IMG/VR virus record: IMGVR_UViG_3300008255_000351
Span: 1 to 30,209 of that record
Reading direction: 5' to 3' (one strand)
Origin: a virus
Lineage: Duplodnaviria; Caudoviricetes
DNA length: 30,209 nucleotides
Positions 1 to 8,124 of the stretch are shown one piece after another; position 1 is the stretch's first letter, and every line of letters starts with the position of its first letter. The notes below the pieces were generated by a model. That model saw only the letters and a list, made by a program, of their open reading frames with translations. It did not search any database and was not told where the DNA came from. The translations under genes and the position numbers were made by a program.

Positions 1-2
1 AC

Positions 3-137
3 CAGCTCGAACAGGCCGACTCGATCGACCTAATCAACCTGAAGCTCGACATGCTGTCGAGCGAACAGGTCCGCGACGAGCGCCGGATCGGGCGCCTCGA
101 AGACCGCGACCGGGGGAGTAGTCATGAAGCGCAGTGA
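3..137 (+). CDS. 3' end of a hypothetical protein (partial; coiled-coil-like), probably the end of the late operon
   Basis: Open frame from the window start, QLEQADSIDLINLKLDMLSSEQVRDERRIGRLEDRDRGSSHEAQ*; overlaps the next ATG. Confidence 0.5.
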   Translation, partial: QLEQADSIDLINLKLDMLSSEQVRDERRIGRLEDRDRGSSHEAQ

Positions 138-252
138 GAAGCAGGCGACCGTGCAGCAGCAGGGCGGCAAGGGCAACCTGGCCCGCGCGCCCCAGAAGAT
201 GACGACCGGGCTCAGTGACGAGCGCCGGAAGCTCAGCTGCTACCGCAAGTAG
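124..252 (+). CDS. small basic hypothetical protein (42 aa)
   Basis: GGGGAG SD then ATG124; MKRSEKQATVQQQGGKGNLARAPQKMTTGLSDERRKLSCYRK*; converges on the minus-strand operon. Confidence 0.5.
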   Translation: MKRSEKQATVQQQGGKGNLARAPQKMTTGLSDERRKLSCYRK

Positions 253-253
253 A

Positions 254-450
254 TCAGTCGTAGTCCCTGCGCTGCAGGGGGCTCGTCGAGTTCACCCGTT
301 CCCCGGTACGTGGTGCGCGGTGGTGTCCACTCCCGGCGTACAGCGCCAGGAGGACGAAGAGCGCCACCGGAATCATCCAGCTCATGACCGGAACCGTACC
401 ACCCTGAAGTACCAGAGCGCCAGGGCACCGACCGCGAGCCAGGGGCTCAC
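254..450 (-). CDS. small hypothetical protein with one hydrophobic segment (start uncertain)
   Basis: Contains MSWMIPVALFVLLALYAG; abuts the upstream gene stop. Confidence 0.35.
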
Positions 451-680
451 TGACACGATTCGCAGGTCTCCGGGTTCTCCAGCGAGCACGCGATCGCCTC
501 GTCGATGATGATCTCGTTGTCGTCGTCGAACAGGTCATCCCAGGACGGGTAGTCCTGCCACTCGTCCAGCTCCGGGACTGGCTTCTCCTTGGCGGGCACG
601 GTCTGTGCCCGCAGCACGTCACGGTCAGCGAACCGTTGACGGTCTCGTTCGTTCCAGCTGTTGCTCATTGGTGCGGACAT
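447..680 (-). CDS. acidic hypothetical protein ending in an RNR-alpha-like tail (ACSLENPETCESCQ)
   Basis: GGAGGTGG SD before ATG680; C-terminal CxxCQ tail. Confidence 0.6.
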   Translation of the reverse strand: MSAPMSNSWNERDRQRFADRDVLRAQTVPAKEKPVPELDEWQDYPSWDDLFDDDNEIIIDEAIACSLENPETCESCQ

Positions 681-835
681 GTCCACCTCCCCCTTCGGAG
701 TTCCTGCTCGTCGAGGAGCACGTACCGGGGCTGCGGGTGGCCGGGCTCCCGGCACCCGCACTCGGCCAGATGGTCCCGGACGTAGTCCGAGTCGTGGGTG
801 CGCCAGTCCTTCTTGAAGTTGAACGGCTCCGCCAT
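665..835 (-). CDS. hypothetical protein (Cys/His-containing)
   Basis: MAEPFNFKKDW...; TGATG coupling with the upstream gene. Confidence 0.55.
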   Translation of the reverse strand: MAEPFNFKKDWRTHDSDYVRDHLAECGCREPGHPQPRYVLLDEQELRRGRWTCPHQ

Positions 836-1083
836 CAGGCGGCGACCCCCACGAACCCAGGCACCAGTTCCCACTGGTCGTCGGAGCCGACCGGGCGGCG
901 GTACCAGACCTTGCCGCGCTTGACGAACTCGAACGGGTACTTGGTGCGCTCACCGACCCCAGGCCGGGGCGCCGAGTACCGGGGGTTGTCCAGGGTGCCC
1001 CGCATCAGCCGGTTGTAGTGCTTCTTGCAGAGGCCCCGGGCCTTGAGCTTCCCGTCGCAGCCCTCGAACGTGCAGAGCTTCAC
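835..1083 (-). CDS. zinc-finger protein (CxxxGC...GLCxxHY, like the N-terminus of phage HNH proteins)
   Basis: LCTFEGCDGKLKARGLCKKHYNRL; GTGA overlap with the upstream gene. Confidence 0.6.
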   Translation of the reverse strand: MKLCTFEGCDGKLKARGLCKKHYNRLMRGTLDNPRYSAPRPGVGERTKYPFEFVKRGKVWYRRPVGSDDQWELVPGFVGVAA

Positions 1084-1514
1084 GACGCCACCGCCAGTTT
1101 GACGGCCCACATGCCGGGAACAGCAGCAGACGGGAGGGTGACGGGGATGGGGCGCTCGCCCTTGACGTGGTAGGCAGCGTTGCCTCGCCCGTCCATGGCG
1201 ATGAACCGATCGGGTCGATCTGGGTCGAAGGTTCCCATCTGCACGATCGGCAGCACCATGCGGGGGACAACCGAGACACGGAGTTCGTGCCCGCCTCGAA
1301 AGTCAGGAGCCGTGACCGTGAACGTGTGTCGGCCCGTACCGTCACAGTCGGGGCAAACGATGTCGTAGTCGTCGTGGTCGCATCGACCCGAGCCGCCGCA
1401 GTGATCGCACGGGCGGTCAGCCAGCGACCAGGGGTCGTTCTCCACTGCAACGGATCGGAACACGACCCACGCTGTGCCGTCACCGTTGAAGTGGATGCGG
1501 TCGGCGGAGATCAC
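1080..1514 (-). CDS. hypothetical protein with DnaJ-type CxxCxGxG zinc-finger repeats
   Basis: CDHCGGSG and CPDCDGTG; GTG1514 overlaps the recombinase stop. Confidence 0.65.
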   Translation of the reverse strand: MISADRIHFNGDGTAWVVFRSVAVENDPWSLADRPCDHCGGSGRCDHDDYDIVCPDCDGTGRHTFTVTAPDFRGGHELRVSVVPRMVLPIVQMGTFDPDRPDRFIAMDGRGNAAYHVKGERPIPVTLPSAAVPGMWAVKLAVAS

Positions 1515-2407
1515 AGCCCCAGCTCCAGGCCTTCGGTCACCTCGACAGTCCGGCGAGGGTTCTTGTCCAGGTACCGAGACGTCGTACCGACGTCGTTGTG
1601 GCGCATCGCCCGTTGGATGTCCGTCACCGGCACACCGGTCTCCTCCAGAATCCCAGCGAACGTGCGGCGCAGGTCGTGCGGGTCGAGCTTCCACCCGGCC
1701 CGCTGACCGGCCGCCTTCACGGCGTACAGGACCCCGTGGTACTGGAGGGGCTTGTCCCACTGGGCGACCCGGACCCGCTTCCCACGGATCGTGCACGAAC
1801 GCATCGTCGGCAGGACCGCGGTCGCGCCGAACGGGCGCTTCTTGTGCCAGGCCGCCAGAGCCTCGCGCAGCTCGCGAGGCACACCGATCGTGGCGGGCTT
1901 GTTGCCCTTGCCGATCAGGGTGAGCCGGGACCAGTCGGCCGAGAAGTCCTTCCAGCGCAGGCCACAGATCTCTTCGGCCCGGAGCCCGCACAGGGTCCCG
2001 AGCAGCAGGATCAGCCGGTCACGTTCCCCGGCGTCGTCGGTCGGCATCACCAGGATCAGGTCACGCAGTTCCTGCTTCGAGAGCCAGGTGTGGGTCCTCA
2101 CGGACCCACGGCCCGGGATGACCGAGTAGGTGAGGGCGGCCGACGGGTCGGTCTCGATCCAGCCCCGGTACACGCACCAGCCGAAGAAGCTGTGGGCGTG
2201 AGCCCGGCGCTTCTTCACCGTGGACGGGGCCGGGTTATTCGACAGGCACCAGTCGGTGAGGACCTTCTGGTCGATCTCGTCGAGCATGACGGCGCCCGAG
2301 TACTTCTGCAGGGTGTTCATCACCTTGCGGAACGAGGTCACCGAGGACGGGGTGCGGAGCCGTCCGGCCTCCTCGACGTAGGCGTTGATCGCTTCGTAGA
2401 ACCTCAT
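1511..2407 (-). CDS. int: tyrosine recombinase/integrase (Xer-sized, 298 aa)
   Basis: Catalytic set GLRAEE (R), GKGNK (K), HDLRR (HxxR), MRH (H), TTSRY (Y); N-terminal core-binding domain (APSTVKKRRAHAHSFFGW). Confidence 0.95.
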   Translation of the reverse strand: MRFYEAINAYVEEAGRLRTPSSVTSFRKVMNTLQKYSGAVMLDEIDQKVLTDWCLSNNPAPSTVKKRRAHAHSFFGWCVYRGWIETDPSAALTYSVIPGRGSVRTHTWLSKQELRDLILVMPTDDAGERDRLILLLGTLCGLRAEEICGLRWKDFSADWSRLTLIGKGNKPATIGVPRELREALAAWHKKRPFGATAVLPTMRSCTIRGKRVRVAQWDKPLQYHGVLYAVKAAGQRAGWKLDPHDLRRTFAGILEETGVPVTDIQRAMRHNDVGTTSRYLDKNPRRTVEVTEGLELGL

Positions 2408-2409
2408 GG

Positions 2410-2637
2410 TCAGTCCTCGTCGTACGCGTAGAGGACGCCGTCGCGCATCAGGTCACCGAGGCGGCTGGCGACCTGGCCGATCACCCGGTCGATCTGCTCG
2501 TCGGGGTTCTTCGACGGGCTCCAGCACGAGTCCGTGTAGACCGTGTGGTCGCCGAGTCGCAGCTCGAACCGCAACCGGGACGGGTCCTCGGGGTTGAGGA
2601 TCCGGACGTGAAGCGGGAACTCTTGGTTGAGTGTCAT
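2410..2637 (-). CDS. hypothetical protein upstream of the recombinase
   Basis: ACGAGAGGA SD before ATG2637 (MTLNQEFP...). Confidence 0.7.
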   Translation of the reverse strand: MTLNQEFPLHVRILNPEDPSRLRFELRLGDHTVYTDSCWSPSKNPDEQIDRVIGQVASRLGDLMRDGVLYAYDED

Positions 2638-2666
2638 GGTGGGTTCCTCTCGTTCCATGACCAGAA

Positions 2667-2689
2667 CTGTACCACACTGGGCCCCGACT
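2667..2689 (-). promoter_or_regulatory. extended -10 promoter (TGTGGTACAGT) with a degenerate operator upstream
   Basis: Minus strand AGTCGGGGCCCAG-TGTGG-TACAGT; same layout as the promoters at 8795, 13969 and 24810. Confidence 0.65.
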
Positions 2690-2771
2690 TATCTACCTGG
2701 GATTATTTCCGGGACTGAATGGCGACCACAGAGAAAGGAGGATCTCTGGTTTTGTGGCCTGACCAGGGAGT

Positions 2772-2987
2772 TTACACCATAATGCCGCGCACGAACGCCT
2801 CGAACGAGAACAGAGTCTCCCGAGGTGCCACGTACCAGCGATCATCGATTCCCCGCACCCGGTCGAACTTCGACTTCACCGTCCAACGGTCCGTCGAGTG
2901 GGTCTCGACAGCCAGGACCCCACCCGTGAGCTGCGAGACGAGCAGGACCGCCGACGGCTTCGGGTCCTTGCGGTCCCAGCCGGTCAC
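2772..2987 (-). CDS. hypothetical protein
   Basis: GTGA overlap; VTGWDRKDPKPSAVLLVSQL...GIMV*. Confidence 0.55.
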   Translation of the reverse strand: MTGWDRKDPKPSAVLLVSQLTGGVLAVETHSTDRWTVKSKFDRVRGIDDRWYVAPRETLFSFEAFVRGIMV

Positions 2988-3166
2988 CGTGTCAACGAAG
3001 GCCCCAGGTACCGCAGCATCAGGAGCTTGTTCCGGGTGTGCCCGTACAGGTCGCGGTCGCGCTCCGCGACCTCGCACCGGCACGGCATGTGCTTCCACCC
3101 GCCACCCTCCATCGGTATGACGTACCCGGACCAGCCAGGTCGGTGCAGGCACAGCGGGCAGCTCAC
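2984..3166 (-). CDS. small Cys-rich hypothetical protein
   Basis: CPLC...CRC; GTGA coupling; GAGGAG SD. Confidence 0.55.
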   Translation of the reverse strand: MSCPLCLHRPGWSGYVIPMEGGGWKHMPCRCEVAERDRDLYGHTRNKLLMLRYLGPSLTR

Positions 3167-3489
3167 CACAGCTCCTCGACGCGCATCGGGATCGTGAACC
3201 GGTCGACCAGGGCGTCCGCCAACGAGCGCCGAACCTGGCGCTCCAACATCTGACGGACGTCACCGTTCTGGAGCATGTGGCCCGCCACGACCTGCCGGTA
3301 GCACAGCTTCTCCACTTCGAAGGAGTGGAACATGGAGCCCGGCCCCGTCGGGCGATGACGGGGGACTAGTAGTTCGCCGGTCACCTCGTAAGCTCGACGC
3401 GGATCCGTGGACTCGACCGGACCGAGCACGGTCCGGGAGTACGCCGAGGGCTTCGGGTTGAACAGGGCCCTGCCGTACTGGTCGATCAT
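3163..3489 (-). CDS. hypothetical protein
   Basis: MIDQYGRALFNPKPSAY...; in-operon spacing. Confidence 0.6.
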   Translation of the reverse strand: MIDQYGRALFNPKPSAYSRTVLGPVESTDPRRAYEVTGELLVPRHRPTGPGSMFHSFEVEKLCYRQVVAGHMLQNGDVRQMLERQVRRSLADALVDRFTIPMRVEELW

Positions 3490-3493
3490 GACG

Positions 3494-3610
3494 TCACCAG
3501 TGCCCGTCCGGGTACAGGCGGGCCGCAACAGCGGACAGCTTCCGGCACAGCCAGATCCCGAGCGCGTCGAGCGCGCGACCGAGACGGACCCGGGCCTCGA
3601 ACTCAGTCAT
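3494..3610 (-). CDS. small hypothetical protein (38 aa; not in the ORF track)
   Basis: MTEFEARVRLGRALDALGIWLCRKLSAVAARLYPDGHW*; GAAGGT SD. Confidence 0.45.
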   Translation of the reverse strand: MTEFEARVRLGRALDALGIWLCRKLSAVAARLYPDGHW

Positions 3611-3740
3611 CGGTCGTTACCTTCGGGCATGGCTCTGGCGCGTCGGGGTCGTGGCCGCCAGTGACCGAGCATCGTCCAGTCGGGTTGTCGTGGAAGTCGA
3701 GAAGGCAGTCGTCGCACCACCGGCAGATATCGTCACTCAT
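3603..3740 (-). CDS. small Cys-rich protein (45 aa; not in the ORF track)
   Basis: MSDDICRWCDDCLLDFHDNPTGRCSVTGGHDPDAPEPCPKVTTDD*; ATGA coupling. Confidence 0.5.
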   Translation of the reverse strand: MSDDICRWCDDCLLDFHDNPTGRCSVTGGHDPDAPEPCPKVTTDD

Positions 3741-3895
3741 GATTCAACCATTCCTGTTCGGTATGCCCGGCGCCATTCGGCCGACACCCACAGCCGCACG
3801 GTCGGGGCATCGTCCATCGCTCGGACGATCTCGTGGCCCACCCGGTTACGGACGTCCATGGCCGCCCACAGGCGGCACCAGTCAGAGAACTCCAT
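3737..3895 (-). CDS. small hypothetical protein (52 aa; not in the ORF track)
   Basis: GAGGAG SD; MEFSDWCRLWAAMDVRNRVGHEIVRAMDDAPTVRLWVSAEWRRAYRTGMVES*. Confidence 0.55.
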   Translation of the reverse strand: MEFSDWCRLWAAMDVRNRVGHEIVRAMDDAPTVRLWVSAEWRRAYRTGMVES

Positions 3896-4076
3896 CGTCA
3901 CTCCTCACCATGTAGGCGCCACCGTCGTCCGGGTGGCCCATCTCCCGGTACCGGGCACGCATCGCGTCCACGGTCTCGGTGCGGCGGGCGCGCCATAGGC
4001 GCTCCTCGCCGTGCTCGGACAGGAACGGGTGGGGCTCGTGCTCGGGCACCACGGACAGGTGGCGTTCAGCTTCCAT
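3882..4076 (-). CDS. hypothetical protein
   Basis: GAGG SD; MEAERHLSVVPEHEP... Confidence 0.55.
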   Translation of the reverse strand: MEAERHLSVVPEHEPHPFLSEHGEERLWRARRTETVDAMRARYREMGHPDDGGAYMVRSDDGVL

Positions 4077-4242
4077 CCCACAACCTCTTCTTCGGCGCGT
4101 CCCAGAACCGACCGTCGGGAACCCCGTACGACTGGCACAGCTCGCACACCAGCCAGTTGCACTCCGGGTGGCTGCAGTCCCGGTGAGGGACGAGCGACCG
4201 CTGCTTGCAGACCGGGCACTGCGGATCCAAGGTCTCGGCCAT
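4066..4242 (-). CDS. small zinc-binding protein (not in the ORF track)
   Basis: MAETLDPQCPVCKQRSLVPHRDCSHPECNWLVCELCQSYG...; TGATG coupling. Confidence 0.55.
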   Translation of the reverse strand: MAETLDPQCPVCKQRSLVPHRDCSHPECNWLVCELCQSYGVPDGRFWDAPKKRLWDGS

Positions 4243-4496
4243 CAGAACGCCTTCTCCACGAGCTTGAGGTACACGGGTCGGTTCCCGAAGAACCCCTCGT
4301 CCTCGTCTGGCCCGATCCGCCAGAAGTGATCGGACAACTGCCGCAGCTCGTACTGTGGGTTGGCCCTGCGGATCCGGTCGAGCTTCGCCTCGACCTCCTC
4401 GAACGAGCGGTGGACCGAGTAGACCCTGACGTCATCAGGCTCGGCGTTCCCCTGGAACTCGGACCAGCGGAGCAGGACGAACACGGTTTCCTCCAT
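4242..4496 (-). CDS. hypothetical protein
   Basis: GAGGA SD; TGATG coupling. Confidence 0.65.
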   Translation of the reverse strand: MEETVFVLLRWSEFQGNAEPDDVRVYSVHRSFEEVEAKLDRIRRANPQYELRQLSDHFWRIGPDEDEGFFGNRPVYLKLVEKAF

Positions 4497-4774
4497 CAGA
4501 ACGCGTCCTCATCGATCAGGAGCGGGTCACCGACCACGTACTGGTCGACCCGGCGCCCATCGCCCCGGTACCGGCCATTGATGATCGCGTGCAGCTCAGA
4601 CGGCTTCATCCAGTCGACGGTCGGCGTGATCAGACCACGCACGACCTTCTCGTGCCAGTACCGGTCGGGCGGGTCCGGCCGGTCCCGGAAGTGCTCGTGA
4701 ACGGTGCAGAACGAAGCACCTTCTCGTGCTGGCTGGGCGCACTGCCCCCACTCAGTCCTCTTCTTGCAGCGCAT
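4496..4774 (-). CDS. hypothetical protein with an N-terminal CCCH-type zinc finger
   Basis: MRCKKRTEWGQCAQPAREGASFCTVH. Confidence 0.6.
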   Translation of the reverse strand: MRCKKRTEWGQCAQPAREGASFCTVHEHFRDRPDPPDRYWHEKVVRGLITPTVDWMKPSELHAIINGRYRGDGRRVDQYVVGDPLLIDEDAF

Positions 4775-5003
4775 TCCGCAGCGTCTCCAGGGCGTCCTCA
4801 AGGATCTGACGGGCGGTCGGGGCGGACACCCCGATCTCCGCGGCGGCGGTCTTCATCGGCGCCCCACCGAAGAACACCCGCGACACGACGTGCGCCTGCT
4901 TCTCGGGCAGCTCGTCGGCCAGCTCCCGAAGGCGCTCGTACCTGAACTCGGCCTCGGGGTTCTCGATGAGGTTCGTCAACGGGTCGAACCGGTAGATCTG
5001 CAC
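4752..5003 (-). CDS. stand-alone sigma-70 region-4-like HTH protein
   Basis: LADELPEKQAHVVSRVFFGGAPMKTAAAEIGVSAPTARQILEDALETLR fits the L-P-x-E-x-x-V...IA..LGVS..TV...A..KLR pattern. Confidence 0.75.
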   Translation of the reverse strand: MQIYRFDPLTNLIENPEAEFRYERLRELADELPEKQAHVVSRVFFGGAPMKTAAAEIGVSAPTARQILEDALETLRNALQEED

Positions 5004-5004
5004 G

Positions 5005-5358
5005 TCACAGCCCGAGCGTCACGCCGTCGCCGATGTCGACCGGGCCGGTGTACGGGGCCTCTTGCGGTCCCATCCCGGGCGTGGTCTCGTCGAGGGCTTC
5101 CAGCTCAGCGAGGCGACGGGCCGCCTCGTCCTCGTCCAAGGGGACCAGCTTGCGCTCCCGGCGCGGCGGCGCGGCCGCCAGCTCGACACCCTGGGTGTAT
5201 AGGGGGCGCTCCCCGGCGATGAACCGGACCGCGAGCAGGAACTGCTGGTCGTCCAGCCCGGCGAGCAGCTCACCACTGTCCTTCCGGAGCCCTTCGATGG
5301 TGGCGCCAGCGTCCACCAGGAGCGCGTCGCACAGCTCGATCAGCTCATCGACCGTCAT
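5005..5358 (-). CDS. hypothetical protein
   Basis: GGAGGA SD; MTVDELIELCDALL... Confidence 0.65.
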   Translation of the reverse strand: MTVDELIELCDALLVDAGATIEGLRKDSGELLAGLDDQQFLLAVRFIAGERPLYTQGVELAAAPPRRERKLVPLDEDEAARRLAELEALDETTPGMGPQEAPYTGPVDIGDGVTLGL

Positions 5359-5509
5359 CGCGGTCCTCCATGTTCGCAACGGCAGCTCTCAGGACAGAGA
5401 GCATCTCCAGCAGTTCGTCCTTGGTCTCTGCGGCCAGCTCGCCCTGAGCGGTACCGCATGCCGCCCGAACGTGGAAACGCCGGACTATGGCGTACGGGTC
5501 AACGCTCAT
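5345..5509 (-). CDS. hypothetical protein
   Basis: GGAGGTGG SD; MSVDPYAIVRRF... Confidence 0.55.
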   Translation of the reverse strand: MSVDPYAIVRRFHVRAACGTAQGELAAETKDELLEMLSVLRAAVANMEDRDDGR

Positions 5510-6104
5510 CGGGGTCCACCTCCTCGACCACGTCACGGACCTCGTCGCGCATCCACTCCTGGACCTGCTGGACGACCTTCGCCTCCAGGTCCTGGACCGT
5601 GCCGTCGTTCACGATGACCGCGTCCCAGCCGTCGAACCCGACGAGCGCGGTCTCCGAGATGTGGCCCTCGGCCACCCGGCCCGGGCGGTCGATCCGGATG
5701 AGCTTCCCGCCGAGCGCCTGCAGCGCCTCGGCCTCCGAATGGAACCGGACGTCGGAGAACACGACATCCCGGTTGCCGATCCCTTCGACCGCCTGGCGCA
5801 CCCAGAAGTCCTCGCCGAACACCTTGCGGGCGCCGACCCCGAGGTCCTGGAGGAACTTACGGACCTCCGGGTAGACGTTCTTCGCTTCCTCCCAGCCCAT
5901 ACCCTGCACGACCCAGGCGAGTCGGCCGCGGCCGACACCGATGTTCGTGGCCTGAGTCTGGGACGTGACGATCGGGTCCGCCTCCAGGGCCAGGTCCTTC
6001 AGCTTGTCCGCGAACGCCCGGCGCTGGAACCCGAGGTCCCGGGACAGGGCGGACGCAGCGACGTCCTTGCCGACGCGCGCGACGTGGCCGATTCCGATGA
6101 TCAT
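5499..6104 (-). CDS. deoxynucleoside monophosphate kinase
   Basis: MIIGIGHVARVGKD (P-loop), AFADKLK, VRKFLQDLG, DVRFHSE and HISE motifs typical of phage dNMP kinases. Confidence 0.9.
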   Translation of the reverse strand: MIIGIGHVARVGKDVAASALSRDLGFQRRAFADKLKDLALEADPIVTSQTQATNIGVGRGRLAWVVQGMGWEEAKNVYPEVRKFLQDLGVGARKVFGEDFWVRQAVEGIGNRDVVFSDVRFHSEAEALQALGGKLIRIDRPGRVAEGHISETALVGFDGWDAVIVNDGTVQDLEAKVVQQVQEWMRDEVRDVVEEVDPDER

Positions 6105-6364
6105 GGGCGCTCCTCCTGAGCTGATTCGAGGAGGGCGTCGGAGATGACGCCCCCGTCTGCGGGGATGACCGAGAGGGTCCAGGTCCGGTCCGCCTCGTCG
6201 CGGAACGAGAAGTAGAACCCCATGTCGAGGCCCTCGGCCCGGCCCCGGAACGCGCACAGAACGGTCTCCGCCATGTGCTCGACGACGTGAGCCGGGTCGA
6301 ACCCGAACTGCCGGGCCTCTTCGATCGACGTGAACTTGGCGTAGCGCTTCGGTTCGTCGCTCAC
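6101..6364 (-). CDS. hypothetical protein
   Basis: GTGA and ATGA coupling at the two ends. Confidence 0.6.
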   Translation of the reverse strand: MSDEPKRYAKFTSIEEARQFGFDPAHVVEHMAETVLCAFRGRAEGLDMGFYFSFRDEADRTWTLSVIPADGGVISDALLESAQEERP

Positions 6365-6900
6365 CGGCCCAGCTCCTCGATCCAGTCGAGCACTTCGGAC
6401 CAGTCCTGGGCTCGGTAGCCCGCGGTGACGTGCTCGTTCCACGGGCGGTCGAACACGATGACCTTCTTCCCGGCCTCTTCGAGCGCTTCGATCACGTCGG
6501 GCGAGTCGTCCACGTACACCGAGCACGGGACCGTGTACTTCGAGTCACCGAGGTCGGTGACGAGCTGGGTCTGGCGTCGCCAGGGCGACTCGACGTGCCA
6601 GTACTCGGCGGCCGCAGCAGCGCCGCCGCCACGGGACGTCACGAACGCGACCGAGTGGCCCGCCTTGAGCAGGAAGTCGATCGCGCCGGGGGCGCCCGGG
6701 ACGTACGGCAGGTCGTGCCACACCTGGGCGTGGTCGCACCAGGCCCACAGCTCGCCGTAGGTCTCGAAGTGCATGAGTTCGAGCGGGTCGTCCCACTTCT
6801 GGAACTCGGGCACCGCGACCCCGAACCACACCTCGTAGCGCTCACGGAGCGCACGGTGGAAGTCCAGGGTCACCCCGTCGATGTCCAATCCGATCCTCAC
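6361..6900 (-). CDS. HAD-superfamily 5'(3')-deoxyribonucleotidase
   Basis: DIDGV (motif I), FVTSR (motif II), K...YVDDSP (motifs III/IV), FDRPWNEH. Confidence 0.9.
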   Translation of the reverse strand: MRIGLDIDGVTLDFHRALRERYEVWFGVAVPEFQKWDDPLELMHFETYGELWAWCDHAQVWHDLPYVPGAPGAIDFLLKAGHSVAFVTSRGGGAAAAAEYWHVESPWRRQTQLVTDLGDSKYTVPCSVYVDDSPDVIEALEEAGKKVIVFDRPWNEHVTAGYRAQDWSEVLDWIEELGR

Positions 6901-7124
6901 GGGCCGACCGCCGCACGGTGACCGCGGTTGAACTCCGCGGTCCCCTCCAGGACCTCACGCACCCCGGCAGCGGCCGTCACGAGGACGCGCTCCTGCTGCT
7001 CGTAGGCGAGCACGGTCTCGATGAGCCGCAGGTGCCGGTCGATCGGCACGTCGGTGACGCCTTCGGCCTTCTGCTTCGCCCAGTAGACGTGCAGGTCGGC
7101 GAGGTCTCTCTCGATCAGTGACAT
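6897..7124 (-). CDS. hypothetical protein
   Basis: AAAGGA SD; MSLIERDLADLH...; coupled stop/start. Confidence 0.6.
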   Translation of the reverse strand: MSLIERDLADLHVYWAKQKAEGVTDVPIDRHLRLIETVLAYEQQERVLVTAAAGVREVLEGTAEFNRGHRAAVGP

Positions 7125-7903
7125 CAGAGTCCTTTCGTGGTGAGCCCAGCGATGCGCCGGGTGTCGCGGTAGTAGCGGAGGCAGTCCAGGCACCGGTAGC
7201 GCTGGTACTTGGAGACGGTCGTGTAGTGGAAGCCGCGCTTCTCGCGGTGCGTGGAGTCGCAGTACGGGCACGACGGGAACTGCAGACCCTCGGCGTCGGG
7301 CTCCGAGAGCGGAGCCGGGATCCGGATCGGCAGGTAGTCCTCGACCTCGTGGAGGAGTTCCTCAGTGAGGAGCACGTCCTTGCGGTTGTAGCGCTCCATG
7401 ATCCGGATGTACTTCGGGTCCTGGTTGATCCAGCCCTCCCAGAGCGCCCAGCCCTCGTGCTTCAGCTTCTCGCCGATGTCGAGCACCCGAGAGACGTAGG
7501 CGAGCTTGTTCGAGTCGAGCCGGAACTCCTTCGCGACCAGCTTCTTCAGGTCCCAGCGCTCGAACGGCGAGGGCCGGGAGAACCGTTCGACGTCGCCGGT
7601 CCTGCGGCGAGCGAGCCAGATTTCGGTCTGCATGTGCTTCTCGTCGAACGACTGGCCGTTGAAATGCACGACGATGTCGGCCTGATCGAGCAGGTCACGG
7701 GCCGCGGCCACCATGCCGTCGAACCCGCCCTCCTGGTACTCGGAGTGGAACATGACTTTCTTCTCGTCGAGCCACTTCGCTGCGAAGCAGATCATGCGGC
7801 CGCGCTCCACGACCTGCTCGGGGCTGGCGTGGAGATCCCAGAGGGGCGGCCAGGCGTACAGGAGCGGCGGCCTGGTCTCGATGTCGAGCACCAGGACCCT
7901 CAT
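7124..7903 (-). CDS. RNase H-like DEDD (DnaQ/YprB-like) exonuclease with a C-terminal zinc ribbon
   Basis: LDIET (ExoI), HFNGQSFD (ExoII), YNRKDV (ExoIII); CPYC...YRCLDC. Confidence 0.88.
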   Translation of the reverse strand: MRVLVLDIETRPPLLYAWPPLWDLHASPEQVVERGRMICFAAKWLDEKKVMFHSEYQEGGFDGMVAAARDLLDQADIVVHFNGQSFDEKHMQTEIWLARRRTGDVERFSRPSPFERWDLKKLVAKEFRLDSNKLAYVSRVLDIGEKLKHEGWALWEGWINQDPKYIRIMERYNRKDVLLTEELLHEVEDYLPIRIPAPLSEPDAEGLQFPSCPYCDSTHREKRGFHYTTVSKYQRYRCLDCLRYYRDTRRIAGLTTKGL

Positions 7904-8124
7904 TCGACGATCTCCACGTCGACCATGTCGACCAGCTTCGGCATGTCCTCCGGCGGGAACTCGGTGGGCTCGTCCGGGTCGAACTCGACCCAGACCCCGA
8001 GCCGGTTCAGCCGGTAGCAGTAGCACAGGTCGTCGTCGGGCCACACCACGAACTTGAGGAGCAGCAGGCGGTCTTCGTGCTCCTCGGAGAAGAGCGGGGC
8101 GAACGTGATCTCGGGCTCTTGCAT
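7900..8124 (-). CDS. acidic hypothetical protein
   Basis: AAGGAG SD; TAATG coupling; MQEPEITFAPLF... Confidence 0.6.
   Translation of the reverse strand: MQEPEITFAPLFSEEHEDRLLLLKFVVWPDDDLCYCYRLNRLGVWVEFDPDEPTEFPPEDMPKLVDMVDVEIVE

Noticed and set aside
2715-2745. attP as a tRNA 3'-end duplicate (minus strand ...GTGGTCGCCA)
   Set aside because: No T-arm (GTTCRA) sequence precedes it, and the match is too short to support without a host genome.
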